Source of the DNA: Chlamydiia bacterium
GTDB taxonomy: Bacteria; Chlamydiota; Chlamydiia; Chlamydiales; 2-12-FULL-49-11
Direction of reading: 5' to 3'
NCBI GenBank assembly: GCA_044359535.1
Contig: JBIKLZ010000011.1
Location: 1 to 29,120, forward strand
DNA length: 29,120 bases
Shown here: positions 1-11,375 of the stretch, piece after piece
Numbering within the stretch: the stretch's first letter is position 1
Layout of the letters: each line of letters starts with the position of its first letter
Program-made: the position numbers and the translations under genes
Notes under the pieces: generated by a model
Databases searched by the model: none
What the model was told of the DNA's origin: nothing
What the model saw: only the letters and a program-made list of their open reading frames with translations

Positions 1-18
1 TCTTTTTTGAAAACTTTT

Positions 19-747
19 TTACTTAATTAAATGAGGGCCAAAGTTAAAACCATTTTCAAATATAATAGTGACCCTTTTCTCCTTATATGAATTTTTTTTC
101 AACTCTACTACATTAGATGTTTGTTCTAAAGTTGTTAAAGCATTAACAATGTTAAAATGGGTTCCGAGGAAATCTAAAGTCTGTTTACTTAATCCATGTT
201 CTTCAAGGTATTTTACAATGTCTCTTTTGGTGGTTCCATAAGCCTTTCCGTTTTTTGCAGAACTACATACATGTATAAGTAAACTTCGAGGTGCTCCTTC
301 AATAGTATGTAATATTCTTGAAACTTCTGGCACTAGCGCTTTGTCACTTTCTGAAAAAGCAAGGATTTTGGAAATAGCTAATTTTTGTTGAGGTGTTAAA
401 TTGCTTTTAGGTTTTTCTGTAGGAACCTCCCCTTCGTTTGATTTTGCAGCCCCACCCCCACTAGAAGCTTCTGCTTCGACGTTGTTTTCTTCCTGCATTT
501 GCTTTAAAACCTTTGCAGCAAGCGGTAAAAGAGCGTTTGATTTATTAACGAGCCCAAGTTTACCTAAACATTCAATAACCTTTGGAGCAAATGTCTCAAT
601 TGCACTAGCGCCCTCACTTAGTAGCGCTGTCATTGCAGGTTGATTCATGGTACTTAAGTTAAATGTGTGAAATTTTTGCCTGATTTGTGCTTCAGTTAAA
701 GGGGCTTGTTTAAGATTTGAGGGATTTGTTTTGGATATTGAAAGCAT
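19..747 (-). CDS. Hypothetical protein (~242 aa), possible secreted effector
   Basis: Long ORF. ATG at 747 is preferred over the track's TTG at 807 because GGAG lies just upstream. Ser/Thr/Pro-rich N-terminus and low-complexity linker (EAEASSGGGAAKSNEGE). No family recognised. Confidence 0.6.
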   Translation of the reverse strand: MLSISKTNPSNLKQAPLTEAQIRQKFHTFNLSTMNQPAMTALLSEGASAIETFAPKVIECLGKLGLVNKSNALLPLAAKVLKQMQEENNVEAEASSGGGAAKSNEGEVPTEKPKSNLTPQQKLAISKILAFSESDKALVPEVSRILHTIEGAPRSLLIHVCSSAKNGKAYGTTKRDIVKYLEEHGLSKQTLDFLGTHFNIVNALTTLEQTSNVVELKKNSYKEKRVTIIFENGFNFGPHLIK

Positions 748-837
748 AATAAACTCCATTGTTAAATAAAAAATAGAGTATCTTAGACTCAGGAATATTT
801 GCAACAAACTTTTAAAGAAAATCTAATAAAAAATAGA

Positions 838-866
838 TTGAGTTTAATAAAAAATTTATTTATATT
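838..866 (+). promoter_or_regulatory. Putative sigma66/sigma70 promoter of the Inc-like gene
   Basis: TTGAGT (838-843), 17 bp, TATATT (861-866); GAGGTG RBS at 896-901. Confidence 0.5.
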
Positions 867-898
867 AAACAAATATTTAAAAATTTCAATTTTTTGAG

Positions 899-1825
899 GT
901 GTGTATGACAGATGCTTTAGTAACAAGACAAATAGAGACAGCAAATCAAAGGGCAAATACAGCGGGGTGTTGTGGCTGGGTTCACCATGCGGCTATGTAT
1001 GTAGAGATTGCTTTGATCATTGGGGCAATAGCTTTAGCAATTTTAGGTGGAACAGGTGTTATCTCTTTTGTTTACGCAAGTATTGGTGTGGTCTTAGCTG
1101 TTGCTTTTGCCGCTTCTATAGGAATTGCATATAATCGAATGTATATTGTTTTAGGAACTTTAAAACAAGTGGTAAGGGATCTTGAAGAAGAAGTAGGTGA
1201 GTTTCGGGAGCTTACCTTTTCTTTAAATGAAGAAGTAAGGAATTTATCTCAACAAAATCAACAATATCAAGAAGCTAATGTGGCTCATTTAAGCGCTATA
1301 GAAAGATTAGAGGGGCAAAATGCTGAGTATCATTCTCAGAATGTAACCTATGCACAGCTAAATAAGGAGCAAGAGGTTCTTGTCTCTAAATTAGAGCAAG
1401 ATCTTGACAATCTTACAAATAATGCAAATCGTGTTTTACAAGAGGTTTTAAGAATTCAGAGTATTGAAGCAGTAGGAAAAAATGCAATAGTAGTGCTAGC
1501 AAGGGAAAATGAAATAAAAACTGCTCAACATTTGAAAAAGGAAGAGGCGTTAAATCAACAAACCGAAGAGCTTGTCAAAGCACAACAAAGTTTAAATGAG
1601 GCTCATGAAAATCATTTAAAGGAAGAAGAACGTTTAAACCAAAGAACAGAAGAGCTCCAACTTCAACAACAAAAACTAAATGAACAAGATAAACAGATGC
1701 ATGAAGAGCAAAAAAGGGAACATTTAAAACACATTGAAGAAATTGATCGATTAAATAAAAAAATGGCAGATCTGCAAGAGAAAATGAGTGAGTATTTTTC
1801 AAAAAAACATCAAGAAGAGGTCTAA
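899..1825 (+). CDS. IncA-like inclusion membrane protein (bilobed hydrophobic domain plus long coiled coil)
   Basis: ~45-aa hydrophobic hairpin (YVEIALIIGAIALAILGGTGVISFVYASIGVVLAVAFAASIGIAY) followed by ~220 aa of E/Q/K/L heptad-rich sequence. Start is GTG 899 or ATG 905. Confidence 0.7.
   Translation: MCMTDALVTRQIETANQRANTAGCCGWVHHAAMYVEIALIIGAIALAILGGTGVISFVYASIGVVLAVAFAASIGIAYNRMYIVLGTLKQVVRDLEEEVGEFRELTFSLNEEVRNLSQQNQQYQEANVAHLSAIERLEGQNAEYHSQNVTYAQLNKEQEVLVSKLEQDLDNLTNNANRVLQEVLRIQSIEAVGKNAIVVLARENEIKTAQHLKKEEALNQQTEELVKAQQSLNEAHENHLKEEERLNQRTEELQLQQQKLNEQDKQMHEEQKREHLKHIEEIDRLNKKMADLQEKMSEYFSKKHQEEV
1529..1696 (+). repeat. Degenerate 84-bp (28-aa) tandem duplication in the Inc coiled coil
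   Basis: HLKKEEALNQQTEELVKAQQSLNEAHEN (from 1529) versus HLKEEERLNQRTEELQLQQQKLNEQDKQ (from 1613). Confidence 0.75.
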
Positions 1826-1907
1826 AGTCTAGAAAAAGAAAATGTAGCTTTTTTGAGTCTTTTTTAGTAAACTTGAAGTTTGGTATTAAAGCAAATGGAT
1901 GTAGTGT

Positions 1908-2228
1908 TTGACTAAGTGGATTAAAAAAAGCAACATCGAGACCCCTTGGACAACTATAGGGGATGTGCTCGGAGGGGTGTTAGATAAAATCACACACACT
2001 CGAAACGCTCGTCCTAGAAATATAGATGCAGTTTGGGGTGCTATTGTTGATCCAGACTATGCTAAGTATACAAGAGTAGAAAAAATTTTAGGGGACACTT
2101 TGTATGTAAAGGTCTTGTCGGGCGCAATATACGCTGATCTTGTGATGATTGGAACAAGTGATTGGGTTGCTACATTGCAAAAACAAGAATCCTTTTCTCA
2201 TATTCAAAAGATCGTTTACCGGAGGTAA
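1908..2228 (+). CDS. DUF721 / DciA-family protein (helicase-loader-like)
   Basis: 106 aa with the pattern 'IDAVWGAIV..YAKYTRVEKILGDTLYVKVLSGAIYADL'; immediately upstream of gyrB, as in Chlamydiae and actinobacteria. Confidence 0.8.
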   Translation: MTKWIKKSNIETPWTTIGDVLGGVLDKITHTRNARPRNIDAVWGAIVDPDYAKYTRVEKILGDTLYVKVLSGAIYADLVMIGTSDWVATLQKQESFSHIQKIVYRR

Positions 2229-2231
2229 TAA

Positions 2232-4736
<2,505 letters not shown>

Positions 4737-4750
4737 GGAATAATGAGATT

Positions 4751-7216
4751 ATGAGTGATCAAGAGCAAACTTCAGAGTTAATAGTAGAAAGAAATATTGA
4801 AGAGGAGATGAAAGAAAGTTATCTTCGCTATTCAATGTCAGTGATTATATCTCGGGCGCTACCTGATGTTCGGGATGGATTAAAACCTTCCCAAAGAAGG
4901 ATTTTATATGCAATGAGGCAGCTTTCTTTATCCCCTGGGGGAAAACATAGAAAGTGTGCAAAAATTGCCGGAGACACCTCGGGAGATTTTCACCCTCATG
5001 GTGAAGGGGTGATTTATCCCACCCTTGTTCGTATGGCTCAAGAGTGGATTATGCGCTATAGCCTTGTAAATGGTCAGGGAAACTTTGGATCTGTTGATGG
5101 CGATCCGCCAGCTGCAATGAGGTATACAGAAGCAAGGCTTACAGGTCCATCGATGGCCTTAATGGATGATTTGGATAAAGAAACTGTTGATTTTGTCCCC
5201 AACTATGATGAAACAAAAAAAGAACCTGTTGTATTTCCTTCAAAGTTTCCAAACTTATTAGCGAACGGATCTACGGGAATTGCTGTGGGTATGGCAACAA
5301 ATATCCCTCCCCATAACCTTTCAGAATTAATTGATGCCACTATTTTAGTGATTGATAATCCAGAAACAACTATTGATGAGATTATCGATGTAATGCCAGG
5401 ACCTGACTTTCCCACAGGGGGAATTATTTGTGGAAAAAAGGGGATTAAAGAGGCCTATCACACAGGACGTGGAAAATTACGTCTAAGAGGTGTCTTCCAT
5501 GTCGATGAATTAAAGGGGGATAAAGCAGCTCTTGTTTTAGATCAACTCCCTTACGGCGTTAATAAGGCTCAGTTAATTATTAAAATTGCAGAACTTGTAA
5601 ATAATAAGGTGATGTCAGGGGTTGCAGATATCCGTGATGAATCTGATAGAGAGGGTTTGCGTATTGTCCTTGATTTAAAGCGTGGAGAGATTCCAGATGT
5701 AATTGTGAATCAACTCTACAATTATACCGATTTTCAAGTGACATTTGGGTGCAATATGCTTGCCCTTGACAATGGCTTGCCAAGGCTTATGAGTATAAAG
5801 CATATGATCACTTGTTGGATTGACCATAGAGTTGAGGTTGTAAGGCGTCGTACCCGTTTTGAGTTGAAAAAGGCTGAGACCCGAGCTCATGTTTTAGAAG
5901 GATATTTAAAAGCGCTTGATCGTCTTGATGAAATTGTAGCTTTAATTAAAAAAAGTGCTGACAAGCAGGAGGCAAAACTTGCTTTGATAGCACAGTATGA
6001 ATTTTCAGAAAGACAAGCAGATGCTGTGCTAGAACTTCGGTTGTATCAATTAACAGGTTTAGAAAGGGATAAACTTGAGAAAGAATTCGAAGAGTTACTT
6101 GCAAAAATTAAACATTATAAAGCTATTTTAGCCTCTCAACAAATGGTTCTTGATATTATTAAGACAGAACTTGAAGAACTTCGTAAGTTTGATAAGACAA
6201 AAAGAGTGACAACCATTGCCCCTTCAGAAGAAGAGGGGCTTGAAATGGAAGATTTGATCGCTAATGAGCCGGTGATCATTACCATTTCTTCAGATGATTA
6301 CATCAAAAGAATGCCAATAGATACCTTTCGTGAGCAAAAACGAGGGGGACAAGGGGTGATTGGTATTGACATGAGAAAAGAGACAGATGGGGTAAAAAAT
6401 GCCTATGTGGCGCATACCCATGACCACTTACTTGTCTTTACAAGCTTTGGAAGATGTTACTGGTTAAAAGCGTGGCAGATTCCTGAGGGATCAAGAAAGT
6501 CTAAAGGGAAGGCTCTTATCAATCTTCTTGAAGGGATTGCTAAAGATGAGGCAATTGCTGCTGTCTTAAGGGTGGCAAATTTTGATCAAGAGGCATCGAT
6601 CTTGCTTTCTACAAAAAAAGGGGTTATTAAAAAAACCTTATTAGATAGTTTTTCAAACCCAAGAAAGAAAGGGGTCTATGCTATTTCTATTGATGATGGA
6701 GATAAAGTGATCTCAGCAGAATTGGTTCATGAAAATGATCAGATTATGTTGTTTACAAGACATGGTATGGCAGTCCGATTTGATCAAACTCTTGTAAGAG
6801 CTATGGGCAGAACAGCTCGCGGGGTTCGTGGTGTATCTTTAAAAAATGAAGAAGATTATGTGGTTTCTTGTGTTGTTGTGAATCAAGAGGCGTCGCTTCT
6901 TGTAGTTTGTGAGCATGGGCACGGAAAAAGATCAAAAGTGATTGATTTTAGACAAACAAATCGAGGAGGAAAGGGGGTTCGCTCTATTATTACAAATAAG
7001 CGAAATGGATTAGTTGTCGGTGCAATCACTGTAACAGATGATGACAGCGCATTGATGATGTCTAATTCTGGACAAACTCTTAGAACTTCGATGAAAGACA
7101 TCCGTATTATGGGTAGATCCACTCAAGGGGTAAAAATTGTTCAACTAGGGGAGACAGATCATTTAGTCGCTCTTCAAAGAATTGAAAATATTGTACCAGA
7201 AGTTGAATCGACATGA
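4751..7216 (+). CDS. gyrA: DNA gyrase subunit A
   Basis: RALPDVRDGLKP, HPHGE, AAMRYTEAR (catalytic Tyr), GyrA-box QKRGGQG, C-terminal beta-pinwheel repeats. Confidence 0.98.
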   Translation: MSDQEQTSELIVERNIEEEMKESYLRYSMSVIISRALPDVRDGLKPSQRRILYAMRQLSLSPGGKHRKCAKIAGDTSGDFHPHGEGVIYPTLVRMAQEWIMRYSLVNGQGNFGSVDGDPPAAMRYTEARLTGPSMALMDDLDKETVDFVPNYDETKKEPVVFPSKFPNLLANGSTGIAVGMATNIPPHNLSELIDATILVIDNPETTIDEIIDVMPGPDFPTGGIICGKKGIKEAYHTGRGKLRLRGVFHVDELKGDKAALVLDQLPYGVNKAQLIIKIAELVNNKVMSGVADIRDESDREGLRIVLDLKRGEIPDVIVNQLYNYTDFQVTFGCNMLALDNGLPRLMSIKHMITCWIDHRVEVVRRRTRFELKKAETRAHVLEGYLKALDRLDEIVALIKKSADKQEAKLALIAQYEFSERQADAVLELRLYQLTGLERDKLEKEFEELLAKIKHYKAILASQQMVLDIIKTELEELRKFDKTKRVTTIAPSEEEGLEMEDLIANEPVIITISSDDYIKRMPIDTFREQKRGGQGVIGIDMRKETDGVKNAYVAHTHDHLLVFTSFGRCYWLKAWQIPEGSRKSKGKALINLLEGIAKDEAIAAVLRVANFDQEASILLSTKKGVIKKTLLDSFSNPRKKGVYAISIDDGDKVISAELVHENDQIMLFTRHGMAVRFDQTLVRAMGRTARGVRGVSLKNEEDYVVSCVVVNQEASLLVVCEHGHGKRSKVIDFRQTNRGGKGVRSIITNKRNGLVVGAITVTDDDSALMMSNSGQTLRTSMKDIRIMGRSTQGVKIVQLGETDHLVALQRIENIVPEVEST

Positions 7217-7851
7217 AAAAAGAGGGATTCTTTATTACTCTAGAAGGGGGAGAGGGTGCTGGAAAATCTACCTTAATAAAAGGGTTACAAAGGTACCTTC
7301 TTTCCAAAAATAAAGAAATTTTAACCACTTTTGAACCAGGGGGGACAGAGTTTGGAAAGCAAATCCGCTCTATCCTCTTAGATAAAAATAATGTCATGCC
7401 TCCAGAAGCGGAATTCTTTTTATACCTAAGTGATAGAGCTTACCACGTAGAAAACGTCATTCTTCCGGCATTAAAAAGTGGAAAAATTGTGATTTGTGAT
7501 CGATTCACAGACTCTTCTGTCGCTTATCAAGGGGCGGGAAGGGGATTTATCTCACCAAAAGAAATTGAGAGGATGAGTTTAATTGCAACTAAACAACTAT
7601 CTCCAGACTTAACCTTTTACTTACAGATTAAGCCGATAAAAGCCCTTAGTAGAATCAAAGGGGAAAAGGATCGGTTAGAAAGTGAGTCCCTTTTTTTTCA
7701 TGAAAAGGTCCAACAAGGGTATGAAACCATTGCACGAGAAAATCCTCAAAGAGTGATTGTTTTAGATGGAGAAAATTCAGTTGAAGAGGTTTTAAAAGAG
7801 GCAATTTTTCACTTAAATAAAACCTTAGAATCAAAATGTTTACCTATATAA
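7213..7851 (+). CDS. tmk: Thymidylate kinase
   Basis: FITLEGGEGAGKST P-loop, EPGGT, CDRFTDSSVAYQG; ATGA overlap with the gyrA stop. Confidence 0.97.
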   Translation: MKKEGFFITLEGGEGAGKSTLIKGLQRYLLSKNKEILTTFEPGGTEFGKQIRSILLDKNNVMPPEAEFFLYLSDRAYHVENVILPALKSGKIVICDRFTDSSVAYQGAGRGFISPKEIERMSLIATKQLSPDLTFYLQIKPIKALSRIKGEKDRLESESLFFHEKVQQGYETIARENPQRVIVLDGENSVEEVLKEAIFHLNKTLESKCLPI

Positions 7852-7867
7852 GAACTTTAGAGGGGAT

Positions 7868-8596
7868 ATGGCAACAGCAATCATCTTTTATGGTGAAGAT
7901 CATGATTCGGTAGTAGATTCAATGAGAAAGCATGCAATGGCTCTTTTGGGGGTACATTCATTGGAAGGTTTAAACAATCATGGCGATTATCAAGAGGTGG
8001 GCCCAACATCAAAAAGCTGTGTCTACTCAATGGATGTGATCCACTCTGTTGTCGCAGAAAGTGCCCTTCCTCCATTTAGGGGAGAAAAAAGGGTAATAGC
8101 GATGCTTTCAATAGATAGAATGCAAAAAGTTCATGCTAACGCACTTTTAAAAACCCTAGAAGATGCATCTGATCGCTTTGTCCTCTTGTTAACAACCATT
8201 TGCTATCAAGATATTATCGATACAATTTTATCCCGTGTTCAAAAGGTCTATGTCCCTTCAAGGGAAAACTACAGAGATTTTAAAAAGGAAATAGAAACTA
8301 TATTTTCTTTACTCTCTTTAAAGCAGTACGATCTTTTTTTTAAAGAAATTGGAGAGTTGGATAAATCTATGAAGGAACAATTAGAGGAGGCAGAAAAAAA
8401 CCTCCGTCTTTTTTTTGAAGATTTTATAGCAGTCTTTATATCCCAAAAAAAGGCCCCTCACTTACTGAGTTTTTACGCTTTAAAGATAGAAGAGTGTATC
8501 CATACTTCTTTAGAAAGCTTTCATAGCAATGTGAGTATTAAACATATTCTTGAGAATCTTTTTTTGGAAACCCAACAACTGAATTATAGCAAGTGA
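7868..8596 (+). CDS. holB: DNA polymerase III delta' subunit, shortened and divergent
   Basis: IDRMQKVHANALLKTLED and TILSRVQ (SRC-like) motifs; conserved position after tmk. Confidence 0.8.
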   Translation: MATAIIFYGEDHDSVVDSMRKHAMALLGVHSLEGLNNHGDYQEVGPTSKSCVYSMDVIHSVVAESALPPFRGEKRVIAMLSIDRMQKVHANALLKTLEDASDRFVLLLTTICYQDIIDTILSRVQKVYVPSRENYRDFKKEIETIFSLLSLKQYDLFFKEIGELDKSMKEQLEEAEKNLRLFFEDFIAVFISQKKAPHLLSFYALKIEECIHTSLESFHSNVSIKHILENLFLETQQLNYSK

Positions 8597-9131
8597 TAAG
8601 GTGATTGACCCCTCCTAAAGAGCGATGAGGTTTTTCTTCAGAAGAAATGCCATATTCTTTTGCAATAGAATCTTTTGAAAGGGAAAGATCAGTTAAAGAC
8701 TCCCCGTTTAGGGTTTTTTTGCACCAATACATCGAGGCAAGATCTAGCCAATAATAGGGTAAATAAAGAAATTCTTGGGTCTTTACATCTATAATTTGAG
8801 AAAAAAAAATGCGATCAAAGGTTGGATTTTGACAGATAAACACCGCATTTCCCCTTTTAATATTGTTTTTTATAAATATTTCAATCATTTCTTTTTTTAC
8901 TACAGACTTTTCTTTACCCATACTTTTCAAAAAAAAGTGGGTTATTCCTGTAAAAGCCAAACTTTTTGGATCACTTAAAGCCCATTGCTCATCAGAGGGA
9001 CAGATAGCGGCGGTATAAGAAGCTATTGTCTTTCCATTTTCTAAATCTTTGATCACAAATGAAATTTCTAGAATGACATGTTTTGTCCAATCTAGTCCAT
9101 TTGTTTCAGAATCTAAAAATATACCTAACAA
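8538..9131 (-). CDS. DEDDh-type 3'-5' exonuclease (DnaQ/Orn-like)
   Basis: ExoI FLDSETNGLD, ExoII QNPTFDRIF, WLDLAS, ExoIII-like PHRSLGGV; TTG start. Confidence 0.8.
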   Translation of the reverse strand: MLGIFLDSETNGLDWTKHVILEISFVIKDLENGKTIASYTAAICPSDEQWALSDPKSLAFTGITHFFLKSMGKEKSVVKKEMIEIFIKNNIKRGNAVFICQNPTFDRIFFSQIIDVKTQEFLYLPYYWLDLASMYWCKKTLNGESLTDLSLSKDSIAKEYGISSEEKPHRSLGGVNHLITCYNSVVGFPKKDSQEYV

Positions 9132-9264
9132 GGCTACCCTGGGCTTTTTTAATAAATAGAATCTTTTAGTATAATAAAAAAAAATTTTTTAAAAAAGGAT
9201 AAAATAAAATTTCAAAAAAGTCTGTAAGATTTAGTAAACTCTCCTGTTAAACAAACCCTTGGTA

Positions 9265-9273
9265 TGGTATACT
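9265..9273 (+). promoter_or_regulatory. Putative extended -10 promoter for nusB-murB-PHP-folC
   Basis: TGgTATACT about 30 nt upstream of the nusB ATG. Confidence 0.45.
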
Positions 9274-9303
9274 TTTTCAAAAAAGCAATGGTAAAAAATC
9301 TAG

Positions 9304-9723
9304 ATGGAAGCAAACCCAAGAAAAATTCGTGAAATTTACGTCCAACTTCTTTATGCATTACAAGAAACTGGGGACGTTTCTAAAGACTCTATAGATTTTT
9401 TTATGGCAATTTTCCAAGTGAGTCGGAAAAATGTGGTACTCTTTATAGATCATGCTAAAAAAATTTATAGTGATAGAGATCTTTTTGATTGTTATCTGTC
9501 TAATATTTCTTTAGAGTACTCTTTAGATAGAATAGCAAAAGTAGATTTAGCCATTTTAAGGGTGATTCTTTATGATTTGATTCATAAGAAAATCCCAATT
9601 GAGATTGCAATAGCTGAAGCAATAAGACTTGCAAATAAATTCAGTAGTTATGGATCCCCTAAATACCTTCATGCTATGATTGATGCTATTTATAAAGAGA
9701 TACACCATGGGGCAGCCCTTTAA
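9304..9723 (+). CDS. nusB: Transcription antitermination factor NusB
   Basis: RKIREIYVQLLY, DRIAKVDLAILR, IAIAEAIRLANKF; adjacent to murB. Confidence 0.9.
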   Translation: MEANPRKIREIYVQLLYALQETGDVSKDSIDFFMAIFQVSRKNVVLFIDHAKKIYSDRDLFDCYLSNISLEYSLDRIAKVDLAILRVILYDLIHKKIPIEIAIAEAIRLANKFSSYGSPKYLHAMIDAIYKEIHHGAAL

Positions 9724-10561
9724 AAAAGATCAAGACTTAAGTAAGTACCACACCTATGGTATTCATGCAAAAGCTAAGTACTTAACAGAGGCAAAAACAG
9801 AAGAGGATTTGTTAAAAGCTATAGAATTTGCGCAATCTAATGAAATGCCCTTTTTGATTTTAGGTAGAGGATCAAATGTCCTTTTTAGAGAAAATCTCTA
9901 CAACGGTCTAGCTATTATTAATAAAATGAATAAATATGAAATTTCAGGGACAAAAGTCTATGCCCAATCAGGGGTTAATCTCCCTCTTTTGTGCAGAAAG
10001 ACAGCTAATTTAGGGTTAAAGGGGCTTGAGCCCCTTGTGGGGGTTCCAGGAACTGTGGGGGGAAGTGTCTTTATGAATGCTGGAGTATTAGGGCATGAAA
10101 TATCGACTCATTTAACTTCTGTGAGGGTTTTACAACAAAATGGGATGATTAAAACGTTTTTCAAAGATGAGTGTGGTTTTACCTATCGAAATTCAATTTT
10201 TCATGATAACGGGGGAATTGTCTTAAGTGCAGAGTTTTTATTAACCTTTTCAAACGAAGCAAAAAATGAGCTTTTAGAACATCTACACCGCAGAATTAAA
10301 TCTCAACCGATAGAGATGAAAAATTCTGGATGTATTTTTAAAAATCCAGCTGCTCATCTTTCAGCGGGAAAGATCATAGATTCGTTAGGACTCAAAGGAA
10401 TGTCTCAAGGGGGAGCAAGGGTCTGTACTAAGCATGCAAATTTTATTAACAATCATCAAAATGCCACTTTTGATGATGTATTTACTTTGATCCAAAAAGT
10501 TCGAGAAAAGGTTTTTAAAGAAGCGGGGGTAGAACTTGAGTGCGAAGTTAGAATCATTTGA
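9707..10561 (+). CDS. murB: UDP-N-acetylenolpyruvoylglucosamine reductase
   Basis: LGRGSNVLF, PGTVGGSVFMNAG, GFTYRNSIF, SGCIFKNP, KHANFINN, LECEVRII. ATG 9707 is preferred over the track start at 9680. Confidence 0.95.
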   Translation: MGQPFKKDQDLSKYHTYGIHAKAKYLTEAKTEEDLLKAIEFAQSNEMPFLILGRGSNVLFRENLYNGLAIINKMNKYEISGTKVYAQSGVNLPLLCRKTANLGLKGLEPLVGVPGTVGGSVFMNAGVLGHEISTHLTSVRVLQQNGMIKTFFKDECGFTYRNSIFHDNGGIVLSAEFLLTFSNEAKNELLEHLHRRIKSQPIEMKNSGCIFKNPAAHLSAGKIIDSLGLKGMSQGGARVCTKHANFINNHQNATFDDVFTLIQKVREKVFKEAGVELECEVRII

Positions 10562-11375
10562 TTTACATATTCACAGCACATTTTCAGATGGAACAAAAAC
10601 CCCTTTTGAATTGATAGACATGACAAAAGCTGTGGGATTAAAAGGGCTTTCAATTACCGATCATGACACAGTTTCTGCCTATTCAGATGAGGTGTTTGCT
10701 TATGCAAAACAAGTGGGGGTCGAGCTTATTTCAGGGGTTGAATTTTCTACCGAATACCAAAAAAGGGATGGTTTTGAGTCAATTCACATTTTAGGCTATA
10801 ATATCAATACTCATCACCCAAAGATTCAAGAGTTTTGCTTATTGCATAAAGAGCGCCGATCTTTACGAGTTAAAGAAATGGTTAAAAAACTGCAATCTGG
10901 TGGATTTGATATATCTGAAGAAAGGGTTCTTTCTTTAGGAAAAGAGTCGGTTGGAAGGCCTCATATAGCGCTATCTTTGATCGAAAAAGGGTATGTGGTA
11001 GATATGAAAGAGGCCTTTAAAAAACTTTTAGGGGAAAAGGCTCCCTATTTTGTAAAATCAGTGATGCCTACTATTGAAGAAACCATAGCTGTGATTAAAA
11101 TTTCAGGAGGAAAGGCTGTATTAGCCCACCCTATTCTTATTAAAAACCAAAAGACCCTTAAAAAGCTCCTTCAACTCTACAATTTTAATGGGATGGAGTG
11201 CTATTATGGAAATTTTCAACTTTCTGATGTCTCCTATCTACTCAAGATTGCAGAAGAAAGAAATCTTATAAAAACGGGGGGATCAGACTATCATGGGGAG
11301 CATCGAAATTTTGTTTCAATTGGATCCTCTTTTACAACTAAAGATTCAGTGAGGGCATTATCATCGACTTTGTAA
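10536..11375 (+). CDS. PHP-domain metal-dependent phosphoesterase (TrpH/YciV family)
   Basis: DLHIHSTFSDG, ITDHDT, GVEFS, IHILGY, GRPHIA, VLAHP, GGSDYHG. Confidence 0.92.
   Translation: MSAKLESFDLHIHSTFSDGTKTPFELIDMTKAVGLKGLSITDHDTVSAYSDEVFAYAKQVGVELISGVEFSTEYQKRDGFESIHILGYNINTHHPKIQEFCLLHKERRSLRVKEMVKKLQSGGFDISEERVLSLGKESVGRPHIALSLIEKGYVVDMKEAFKKLLGEKAPYFVKSVMPTIEETIAVIKISGGKAVLAHPILIKNQKTLKKLLQLYNFNGMECYYGNFQLSDVSYLLKIAEERNLIKTGGSDYHGEHRNFVSIGSSFTTKDSVRALSSTL

Noticed and set aside
9132-9303. A/T homopolymer runs as phase-variation tracts or an origin
   Set aside because: Ordinary AT-rich divergent promoter region; no DnaA-box cluster noticed, and such runs are common across the window.
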